NCBI RefSeq assembly: GCF_001194135.2
Contig: NC_069006.1
Span: 23,038,070-23,102,069 of the forward strand
Length of the DNA stretch: 64,000 nt
From: Octopus bimaculoides
Lineage: Eukaryota
Direction of reading: 5' to 3'
Part shown: piece after piece, positions 42,168-54,078 of the stretch
How positions within the stretch are numbered: the stretch's first letter is position 1
Layout of the letters: each line of letters opens with the position of its first letter
The notes under the pieces: generated by a model
Seen by the model: only the letters and a program-made list of their open reading frames with translations
What the model was told of the DNA's origin: nothing
The model's database searches: none
Translations under genes and position numbers: made by a program

Positions 42168-45100
42168 GTCATTTTCTTTATTGGGGAAGATGGTCCAGCT
42201 ATTGAAAAAAATCTATTCCATTAACCAGTTTCACTTATTTCCCCACTCTTTGATCTAACCAACACCAGCTATACCAGATTTAATAATATTAAAAAAGAAA
42301 ACACAAGGATTTTTTGTCTCTTTTCATGTTGTATGTATTCTTATGTTTATTGTTGATGTTGTTCCTCTTAGTTTAGCAACTTAATGAATGTGTATTTTGA
42401 TTGATTAATTAATCAATTAACTTTTTTGACATGTATTTTGTAACGAAAATGAAAAACCAACCAATTTTTTTTATTAATCGTCTTTCTACTGAATTTCTTC
42501 TTTTGTCCCCCAGTGAGACCTGGGAACACAGAAATAGTCTTGTCTCGAGGAGGTATATATGCTTATCTTACCTGTCTCTAGCATCTTTGCTGAAGTGGTC
42601 AGGTGGATTGGCACTTCTTTTCCAGAAGTCTTCTCCACCTTTTATTAACAATTTTTTTCTCCTTTTTTTTCTCGCTCTTTCTCTCTGTCTCTTTCTGTCT
42701 CTCTTTATTTCTGCCCAAAACTCAATAGAACAAAGACAGAATTTCTAAAGATGCATTTTCTAAATAGTTAGAAGAAAATATTTGTTTAGAACACAATAAA
42801 TCAGAACATCTAACCCATGAATATGTTGATACAGTTATATATTAGGAAAGCTTTAGCTTTGGAGATTACAGATGATATAGAAACATCCTATTGTTCTCTT
42901 GAGTTATTTTTCTGACAACTTAAACTTGAGAGAACAATAGGACATCTACATCATTTGTGGTCTCCACAGTTAATGCTTCCAAATAAATAATTGTAGTTAT
43001 ATCTACATTATACATGTTACAAGTATTCTAATATTTACATTAATAGTAATATCTGTAAAGATTTTGAAAAACCTTGCTCAGGCTTTCACATTAGAGAGGA
43101 ACTTTTCAGCTTCTGGCCCATAGTCCTACGAGATATATGGAAGCTCCAGAAAGTGTTGACCAGACAAAATGTTTTAGTAGACAACTTAACAAACAGATTA
43201 AACACAGAAATTGATCAGTAAGTTAATGTTGACATATTTAATGAATGATGCATAAAAATAGCTAAGTAGAAATTAAAATGTGGGAGATAAACAAATCATA
43301 ATTCTTCAGTGATTCCAATTTTGTTGAAATTGTGACACTCCACCAAAATATGTGGCCTTGTGCAAATGCGAGGAATCAGTATTGTTTTTCAACAAGCATG
43401 GGAGATAACTACAAATATGTTTCAGTATTATTATGACTTCATTAGTGAAGCCTAATCTTCACCATGCTTGATGAAGTAGTGAATATACATATTGTGTATT
43501 CATTGAGTATAGGAAAATAGATTTGTTTAGAGGTTCAATAAGTCATTACTGCCTTGTACATAGAGCACAAGAGGTAAAATTAATGTTAACATATATGAAA
43601 ATCATATTAGTCAATGACTTATATTGTTTTCTTCTGTTTTTTTTTCTCATTGCGTATTTATTTTTGATAGTTTTACAATGTTTCCTGCTTTAAATGTATT
43701 AGCACTAATTTACTTATTGTTTTTTTTTATGTAGCTGACATCTGTGATTCAATTGAGTTGTTAACAAATTGTTTTACCTGTCTAATTCATTATACTATAA
43801 TAACTGCAGCTACACTGCTTGTCAATTCAATTTCTAGGTTTAAACTCAGACAGGGAGTTGGATGACTTTTACATTCTTCATCGACTATAAATATTAGTTT
43901 CAATGACTTTTCATAAAGGGAACATAGTATTAGTGAAGAAAAAAACTATTATAATATTACAAATGTAATAACATTTTTGATAATCAAATAGTTATCTGTT
44001 TATTTTGCCGTCTAAACCAAACTTAAATATCATTTCTAAATTCTTTGATTATTCAGTCATTGATTCTTTTGAGTTTTGGGAGAAATATCTAACACAAATT
44101 CTACTCAGCTTTTTATTTTTTATTTCATTTTTATTTATTTTTTTCATTATGATATTTTATTTACATTTTTATTTATTTTACTTTCTTTTTACAATTTATT
44201 TTAAACATACCCTCTGCCGGCCTTTTGTTGTCACACGAGAGTATGCACCAGTTTCAAAACCTTTTTCTCAGGCTTCACTTTGCTTCAATTTCTCCTGAAT
44301 TTTACCCTTAATCGGGGCACTCTTTCAGCAATGAAACCAAACAGTTTTAATATCCTCTATATTTGATTCTTAATGTCCTATATATTTGATGAAAATATTT
44401 CTGTCACATTTTGATATTGATCTTTTGAGAGTTAATACAATTGGGATCAGACATAGGTTTAATTGACTATTTCTCCATATTGTTCTTATTAATGACCTTT
44501 ATATCATCTAAGTAATTGTATGGTAGGAATAAACCAACTAGAGAATGACTTCGCATTTTATGTGTCTCTGGTACTAAAATATATCAGTACCAGCTATATA
44601 CTGAAGTCGGCTCAGTTGTCTATATTTCCTACTCTGACAAAATTTGACCTGAATTGATTGCATACAGAATTCATTGTGTCTACACTCCAAGAGTTATCCT
44701 TGTTCTAATTCATCTTAATTCACCAGCCCACTCTCACTCTTTCACACATTGGCATGTTGTGTTTACCTCTTGCTTGTTAGCAATATGTCTTTAATGGCAG
44801 CTATTTTATTCCCCTTTCTCTTCTATCAAAACCTTGAAAATTTGCTGTCAGTTCTGATGTTCACCTCACTTCTAGCTAAGCCAGTTCTGTTATGCTCATT
44901 CCACTCTTTTCTAAAGCAAACATCCTGCTACTCTTCACAAGGTTACTCTCTATACTTACATCTGCACCTCACCTTTCTGCTTATTTTAACTTTGTCTTAT
45001 TCTATCTGTATGCTGTAGATCACAACTCTATTATTAATTCCATACATGAGAAAATTAGCGTTGAAGACAAATATTTGATGTTAAAAGGGCCCAGTGAACA

Positions 45101-48100
45101 ACAGACCTCAAACAGTGCATTTTGGAAGGAATAGCAGTACTTTCCTGTCACCCACCTGTAACAACAGCTACTATATAATCATCAGTTCTTGTTTTCATCA
45201 TCATTTTCGTCATCTTCATAACATGATTAACTTAATGTACTATTTATTGAGTATATTTTATTAATTACTTAGATGTTTCAGCCAAAGATTTGCCCAGGCC
45301 ATGTCTAACTTAATATCACCACTTGATTAGAAATCAAATGTTTATAAGCTGCTAATAATTGTCATAGTGATCTCTACTCATGCAAATCAATGAAGAATGT
45401 ACACTGAAACATGGTCTAGTCTTTTAAGATTTTCTTGTTTTCTGTGGAAAATACAATTAGTTTCCTACTCTTTGAGGTGACAGCTATTGACTTGTTCTTT
45501 ATAAAAATATTATTTAGAACAGAATATGATTGGCAAAATATGATTTAGAGTTGTTATCATGCTGCCAAGATCTTAGACATTCACCAACTGCATTGTCTAC
45601 ATTCTATTTTTAATTAATTTTAATGAATTAAAATATTGAAGTTGTCTATTCTGCCTTCATTAACCACAATTAGTCATTATGCTAATGATTCTGTCCCTTC
45701 TCCATATAGTTCACCGCATTATTTCTGTTATCACCAACTTTACTTAGATGTAGATACCAAAAATACCCAGATATCTTACAGTTCTAACTTCAGTGTCTTA
45801 TTTCTAGTTTTGAATTTAAATCCTGCTACAATCTACTGAAAAATATCATTCATAAGTATTAGGGAAATAAATATCAACAGAAAAATATTTTTTTGGTTGT
45901 AAACCTAAACCTAATATTTAATTATTTAACTAACTACAAAATTAAGCAACCCACATCTTTTTAGGACAGTCACAAATTCCATCATAGATTTGCTACTGTT
46001 AAATTAACACCATTCGAGTAGAGAAGCAGTAAATATCATAAGTGAAACATGAAAGTTTTGATCTCTTTGAAAATATTTCTTCTATTTTATCTTCCACTAA
46101 ATATTATCAAAGACATATTGCTGAAAGGTGCTGCTTTACCCTGGCTTTTCTTCTTGGAAAATAAATTCATCTGAAATATCATCTCTAGCAACCTTTTGCA
46201 ATAATCTTTCCTAGTTTAAAACCTAATAGTCTGTTATACTTGTACCTTCAAAATTCCTGCTGCACTGTTCCAAACATGGCTACAAGTTAACAAAGTTCAT
46301 TTTCTAACGTGCAGTTAAACAGTAACACAGTGCAAGATTATTTCTGTCTGTAAAAGCCATATTACCCCGCCCAAACACTAACAGTGCAGGTAAAAATATG
46401 ATGGACAAATATAACAGACTTCAAGTTACACTCTGCTTCTGTTACATCCCATAATTCTCTTGACTTTTTTACACTTTCCACTGCATGAAAGTCACAATAT
46501 TCTGCTTTCACCATCACCACCATCTTCACAAAATCCACCTTTTTGTTTTTACCATTAAATCGACCTTTTCATTCTTTATCTCTCTTTAGCCATGAATTCC
46601 TACAATTATTATCATTGCACCTCACTTGCTGAATAATTTTTTGTGAATAAATGTATTAAAAATTCCATGGAAATATAAACTACTTTTATATACTTTATAA
46701 ATTTCTAGGTTTAATTATCTCCCTTAAACAAGTTTCTCACTTTACCTCCCTTCACAATGCTTTTTCTTTGATAGGTTGGTACTCTGACTTGGTACTCTGN
46801 NNNNNNNNNNNNNNNNNNNNNNNNNNNNNNNNTATATATATATATATCTGTACTGAGCCTGTTTTCCTCTTGTTTGGAAATTCAGACATACATGCACACG
46901 CATATATATATGCTCATACACTTCTTATCTTGTATATATTTCAGTTCATATTTCTTGGAATTTTTTTCTTTTTGCTTAATTTTCTTTTAATTAGATAAAA
47001 AAAATAAATAAATGTATACAATTATTGCTGACAATTCAAAGTAAATGCATGTATGGACATAGTTAAGTCAAAGATGTTCTAAGTATATTGCACGACATTC
47101 TTGAGAGCAGAATTTGCCTCCATCAGTATTACTACATATAACAAGCAGATAGTTGTAGTGATTTTAGTTATGGTACGTATTAGTTATAAAGGCCTTTGTA
47201 ATGTGTAGAAATAGTCCTGTTGTTTGCTGCATGTATTAGTTTTTATATACTTAGAAAGAGTAATAGTAATTTCTTTTTGGGGTATCATTAAATAGTAAAG
47301 GTAAAACTATATGGAATTAGTACATACCACTAGAACATAAATTAAATATAATCTATTTTATTCATGTATTTCTACTATATTACTAAATTAATTGCTCTAC
47401 TCCACCATCTCAAAAATATTTGCAAAAACCCATCACATAGAATAAAATATTTAATAATTTTCCCAATAACTGGCTGAGGAAAAAAAATAATGAATTAAAT
47501 AGCTTAAAAAATTTAATAATAAATAATATATATATATAACTTGCTGGTACATATGATTAAATAGTGTGTTCCCTTCTAAAGAACACAAATCATTCTTGCC
47601 CCTGTTGATAACTTTTGAATTTATTATAGCACTTCTATTTAGTTGATTTTTTTCTTTTTTTAGAGGCTGTGCTCTCCTCCCTCTTAGGTATAGTGGACTC
47701 TGCTTCTGATTAAAATGTTGTCCTTGTGAGATCCCCCAAATGATTGTCTCAAACAGCTGAAACGTATTCAATTAAAAGCAGGATGGTCTAATGATATTGG
47801 ACTTCTGTCTTGAAAGCTTGTAAGGTTTACATCCACTGCAAGCATTCCATTATCCTTCTAAATAAAATACTTCTTTATTCTACAACACCCTCCTCCATTT
47901 ACCTGACAGTGAAATCAAAGAAGGCCGTTATTCCTAATATTCACAAAAGATTCAATCTACAACATTGCATGAGTCCACATATGGATAAAGCCTCATTAAT
48001 TGTATGCAGAAGTGCATAAAATATATAGACAACTCTCTTCATCTTATATCCTTTATGTAAAATATTTTATTTGGATAAAATATTAGTTTGTGAATTGGAC

Positions 48101-51100
48101 TTTACAAATTTGTTACAAAAGTAATTTTTGAAGTTTCCAATAACAAGGTGCTTCCTTCTGTTGATTAACTAATGATTAGGGATATTGTTATGAGCTCCCC
48201 ACAGCAGAAGAGACCCATACCTCACAGCAGATGCGTTAAAACTGATCCTTCTAGTGGTGTAAAGCACTCGCAGCAAAGCCACATAAAAGTGCCCTTGTGG
48301 TGCCACTTAAAAGCACCTGTGTGGTGTCACATGAAAGCACCTGTGTCATGCTACATAAAAGTACCCATGTAGCCTCATGTAAAAGCATCTGTGCAGTGCC
48401 ACATAAAAGCACCCAGCACTTTCTGTAAAGTGATTGGCATTAGGAAGGGCATCCAGCAGTTGAAACCATGCCAGATCAGACTGGAGTCTGATGCAGCCAG
48501 CTCTGGTCACACCATCCAACCCATGCCAGCATGGACAGTGGACATGTAAATGGTGATGATGTTTAACATTACATTTAGTGCTACTATATTTGATTAACTT
48601 AATAGTTCATTAATGAGTGATTTCAAATAGGCAGGAGAATATTTATAATAGTTTTAAAACAAAGTTCAGTTTTTATCTCTGTTAAATTTAGGGTTGGGTG
48701 GGATTAGATAGACAGAAAGGTAACCCATAGACAAATTTAACTTATAGGAACTCTGCTGGTATATAAATATGCTAAGTCAGCTCTTCTGTTTAAATAATAA
48801 ACAAACAGAAAATGAATATTATTAAATCATAAATGTAAGATGACTTAAAGAAGCAGATTAATTTAAGGAAAATAGATTAAAAAATTAAGTACAACAATGA
48901 TAACATTTGTTTTAATCTAAATTTCTGGAAGTTATATCAGGTAACAAATATTTAAGAAAAACCCAAAAGGAATTATCCCCTTTTTCTTTCATTTTATTTC
49001 TAGCCGCTGATGATGAATTGCCCCGCTTGCCAATAGGAAAGTGATATTTGTCATGCTTCTTACCATTTTGTTTTGCTTGTGTTGTGATGTGTTTTTGAGT
49101 GTTGTTTTTATTTTTATTTTGTTACTTTGTGATTCTATATTCTTTTACATTCTATTTTCTATGTTTATTTTTGTTCAGTGTTTCTTGAACAGATTGCTAT
49201 GTTATCTGGAGTGTGCCTTGTAAATAAATAACCCTTTAGCATTCATGCCAGCCTAATCTATAATATTTAGTCAAACCAACCTAATCTGTAATTTTTAGTC
49301 AAACCAACCTAATCTGTAATATTTTTTCAAACCAGCTCTACTCACCTTGTACTATGTTTTGTACTATGTTAACTTTACTCCTTGACAAAAAATCCCACTC
49401 TCAGTAAATTTTATAAAATGTCACACTTTTCTTTGTTTCATAATTTCCTTATGATTTCATTGACATATCTGAATGCTGAAGGGCTAAACAAACAAGTTGT
49501 GTAATGTGTTAAAACATAACCCAGTTTAATCTTCTTTGCTACTGTTTGTTGTTGTTGTTGTAACCATTTACCATTCAAACTGTCCAAATCTAGCATTTGT
49601 AAAATATCACTCTATTTGTCTAAACTGAGAACTTTATGATATGTAGCTACTGGTAGCAGGAAAAGTTTCTACTGAATCACATTTTATCTTAGTCATATTG
49701 TTTCTTAGTTTAATATGTTGTTCATGAATGTTGATATTTCTAACACCATTAATACCATGAATGCTATTGGTTTAAACTATATATATATATATATATATAT
49801 NNNNNNNNNNNNNNNNNNNNNNNNNNNNNNNNNNNNNNNNNNNNNNNNNNNNNNNNNNNNNNNNNNNNNNNNNNNNNNNNNNNNNNNNNNNNNNNNNNNN
49901 NNNNNTATATATGATTTAAACAACTAGCTACAAATATTTTCCTAATTAATCTCTATTTTTTCCCTTAAAATTAACCATACAAAGCATTATTATTTAAAAG
50001 ATTAAAGCATTTAAACATGAACTGCATTAAACATACCATGTTGGTAAATAAATGTTAACAATGAAAACGAGGAATTAATGAAATTTTTTTCTTCTTAATT
50101 TGAAGTTCTAAAAGAATTTGTTTTAACTTGTTTTAAAATTAATTAAATATAAATTATTTATTTTTTCAAACTAAACTTATAAACTAATATTTCATATATT
50201 AAAATAAGAAAATGCACCTTGAAGTGAAGAAGGAAAATTAATTAGCAGAGGAAAAGTTCTTGCATATTTTGTTGTTTCTTTGAATCAATAATTTTTATTT
50301 TTGTTATTCTTTCTTCTGATTAATTAACTAATTTTTAATTATATAATACAACTATACAGAATAAATAACCAACAGAGAATATAAATAAATATAATATATT
50401 TTTAATTATTGCTGTAAAGTAATTTTGGAGTTTAAAACCCGTAATACTTGAAGAGAGATAAGATATGAATCTAAATATCTATCTTTAGATTGATTTCAGT
50501 CTAACAAGAAAGTTTGTAATTTTGGCAATTCAAAGATGCTGATTCACTATTATGTTGGATATTGTGATTTTTCAGTTGCCATGCACAAGCTTTCTTTCTC
50601 ACTCTTACATTCCACCTCTCTTTTACATATACTTGTAGTTTTAATTTCAAATTTACCTTACAGCAGAACTAAATGTGTTTTCACAAACAGAATTAACCTG
50701 AATTTTTTAATATAAAACCATAGGAAATACATCAAAATTTCCTAAAATTAACAACTGGGGAAAATTTTAACCTTGAATGACCAAAATGTCTGTGTTTAAT
50801 ATTTTGTTTCTCTTTTTGTCTACAACTTGTGTGAAATAACCATTTATATTTCTTTTTCTTCTCCTTTTATGTTGTCTTTCTCATGCTACATTGTCTTCTA
50901 ATTGTTGGTCTGTTTCTCCTTCTATCTCTAGCTAGCATGTGGGTCTTCAAAACATATGGTTTTGACAACTAACTTGTGGTCGCCCATTCCTTCTTTATCT
51001 TACAAATTTAAATATATAGATCATTCAAATAAATATTTTAACTGTTACACCACCACAAAACCTTTTCCCTCCAAATTATCAACTTCTTCCAAATTCTACC

Positions 51101-52637
51101 AAAAGCAACTTTGTCATTCAGCCTTCTGAAGGTGATAAACTGAAGTATAAGTCAAGCACTGAGGATGATTTTATCATCTGAAAATCTCCTAAAATTCATG
51201 ACCTTATGTGTATGTTAGCATGTCACACAAAATGCTCAACAGCATTTCCTCTGGCTCTTTATGTCCTAAGCTCAAATTCAGTTGAGGTCAACTTTACTCT
51301 TCCTGCCCCTAGGGTCAATCAAATAAGAAGCAGTTGAGCACTGGGGTCGACGTAATCAGCTTATATCATCCTTTGAAATTTTTGTCCTTGTGCCAAAATT
51401 TGGTTAAGTGTGGCCTGTAATTAAACAACAGCAATAGCAGCAACACCACCAATTTCAGTGTCAGTTTTATTATTGGTGTCTTTGTATCCATTTGGTTGTC
51501 CAAAATTGTCACAAGCTCATGTTGGACATTATAAACATAATGATGTAAAAACAGAAGACTATTTTTATTTTTGTTTTCAGTTTAGTAAGAGAAGGAGAAG
51601 GAGACAGTGTTTGCAAGAGAGATCAACCATCTTGAATTTTAACAAACTAACTCAATTGTCTAATATCCTTCGACTACACACATACACAGAGGCAGTTTTT
51701 CCCCTAGAATGACCTTAACTGCAGTGGCTAAAACAAATAAATCACACACAAACATCCACATGCATGCACACATACACAAATTTCTGAATTTTTTTGCTTT
51801 TTATCATTTTGTATTCTTTTTCCCCCTGTTGATGGGGCAGGTGGGGGCAGGGTTTAAGGACAAGATTGTGCATTTCTTTGTTGTCTTTTTTGTTTGTTCT
51901 TTGTCTTTGTTTTGGTTTCTTAGAATTTCCTGATTACTTTCTTCTTTTTATTTATTCCTCTTTGCTTATTTTATTTCTTTTCTTTTCTTTTTTTTTATTT
52001 CAAAGGAATGTCACTAATATTCATTTAACAAAATAAACTATCTTACAAAAATACATACATTGGTATATCTTTCACTTCTTTCTCTTTATCTATCTACCTA
52101 TCTATCAATATTTGTTTATATATATGTATATTATATATATATATAAATGTGTGTGTATTTGTATAATATGTATATGCCACAAAAGTTTTGATTGTGGATA
52201 TCAAAAGATATTGTACTTACGTAATATAATTTTGAAGTAACACTCACACACACATATATATATATAGAAGGTATGATACAAACTATTGGTTATGCATGGG
52301 TTTTTTCATGTTATATGTTCTTGAAGAAACAATTTTCATATCAGTACATATTTACTCGAAATATAAACTTATAAATGTAATTCTTTATTATAAAATAAAT
52401 TACGGATGATTACATTTGTAATTTTCATAGTGAGGAAATATGTGCAGGCCTGGAGCTTGTTTTCTGAAGGTCAGAAACATGGAATAACCCATTTGTATTC
52501 AATAGTTTGTACTACTATANNNNNNNNNNNNNNNNNNNNNNNNNNNNNNNNNNNNNNNNNNNNNNNNNNNNNNNNNNNNNNNNNNNNNNNNNNNNNNNNN
52601 NNNNNNNNNNNNNNNNNNNNNNNNNNNNNNNNNNNNN

Positions 52638-52671
<34 letters not shown>

Positions 52672-53202
52672 TTATATACATATATATTCACATTCATACC
52701 CACATATACACACACTCACACATGTACACATAGATATATACATATACATTGGTATATGTGTGTTTGCGTTAATATAAATCTATATAAACATGTGTAATTC
52801 TTTATCTTCTTAATAGATTCTTCACCTGGAAGCCGAGTTGGCTTAAACCTGCGCCAGCCTCTGTACTTGGGTGGAATTGACCCACAATACAAAGTTGCTG
52901 ATGGTACAAGCATCAGTACTGGTTTTGTCGGATGTATTGGAGAGGTAAGTTTCCCTTCTGCCCAATGAGAACAATATAAAACAGTTGAAGGTGACACTAA
53001 TACTTGAACCTTCAACTGTCTCGTTATTCCATTTATAGAAGTTTTGAATTTGTTATTTTTGCATTCCCAGCAAGCATTTTGTGTGTTTTTGTGTGTCTGT
53101 GTCCCTGTTTAAAGATTTATGCATTATATATATACATACATATGTATATATACATATGTATATATACATATGTATATATATAGTGAGAATTTACAAAAAA
53201 AC

Positions 53203-53290
<88 letters not shown>

Positions 53291-54047
53291 GTTTGCGCTG
53301 TCAGAGAGAAGCATCAGATGTGGCGTGCAAGAGAGACGTTTGCACTGATATGGTCATGTACTACGGATGGATGAGGAGAGATGTATGAAGAAGTTCCACT
53401 CCCAAACAGTTGAAGGAATCCGGGGTAGAGGTAGACCTAATTTCATCTGCTTATGTTCTGAATTTGAATTCTAATGTAATTGTTCTCTCTTTCTCTCTCT
53501 TTCTTTCTCTCTCTCTTTCTTTGTCTCTCTCTCTCCTTGAGTTTATCTTTCTCCACTCTTTTTTTCTTCCTCTATATCATGTTCTAATCTCTCTTCTTCC
53601 TCTGACATTTCCCAGTCCTCCTTACTCTCCCAGAGTCAATCACTCACTCACTAATTTTTCCTCTCCTCTTCATTCCATCAGCTTGAAGTCAATGACAGAT
53701 CAATCCATTTGATCAAAGATGCCCAAGAAAGTTCCGATATCATCGACTGTGGTGAAAAACGTCCCTGTGACAGGAAGCCTTGCAAGAACAACGGCCTCTG
53801 TGAAGACGTCTCTATTAGTGAATACATCTGTTTCTGTGATCCACAATTTTCAGGTCAGTTGATTCTCCACTGAGACATTTTGTCTTTTATGTTTTAGTCA
53901 TTGGACAGTGGCCATGCTGGGGCATCGTTTTGAAGGGTTTAGTCGAACAAATACCTGTACTTATTTTCTTTTTTAGTTTGGTTCTAGGTTATGGGAATAT
54001 AAAGAAACCAATACTACTCATCAAGTGGTGGACAAACCTGAAGACAA

Positions 54048-54078
<31 letters not shown>

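Noticed and set aside
48278-48414. Regularly spaced ~18-nt repeats resembling a CRISPR array
   Set aside because: Eukaryotic intron; the spacers are only ~5 nt, the units are degenerate, they are part of a retroposon, and there are no cas genes.
39638-52816. Nested gene on either strand in the giant intron
   Set aside because: I found no chain of coding-like exons or recognisable domain by eye. Other symmetric mini-ORFs (41314-41340, 49195-49221, 42580-42600) have weak splice sites and illustrate the chance background.
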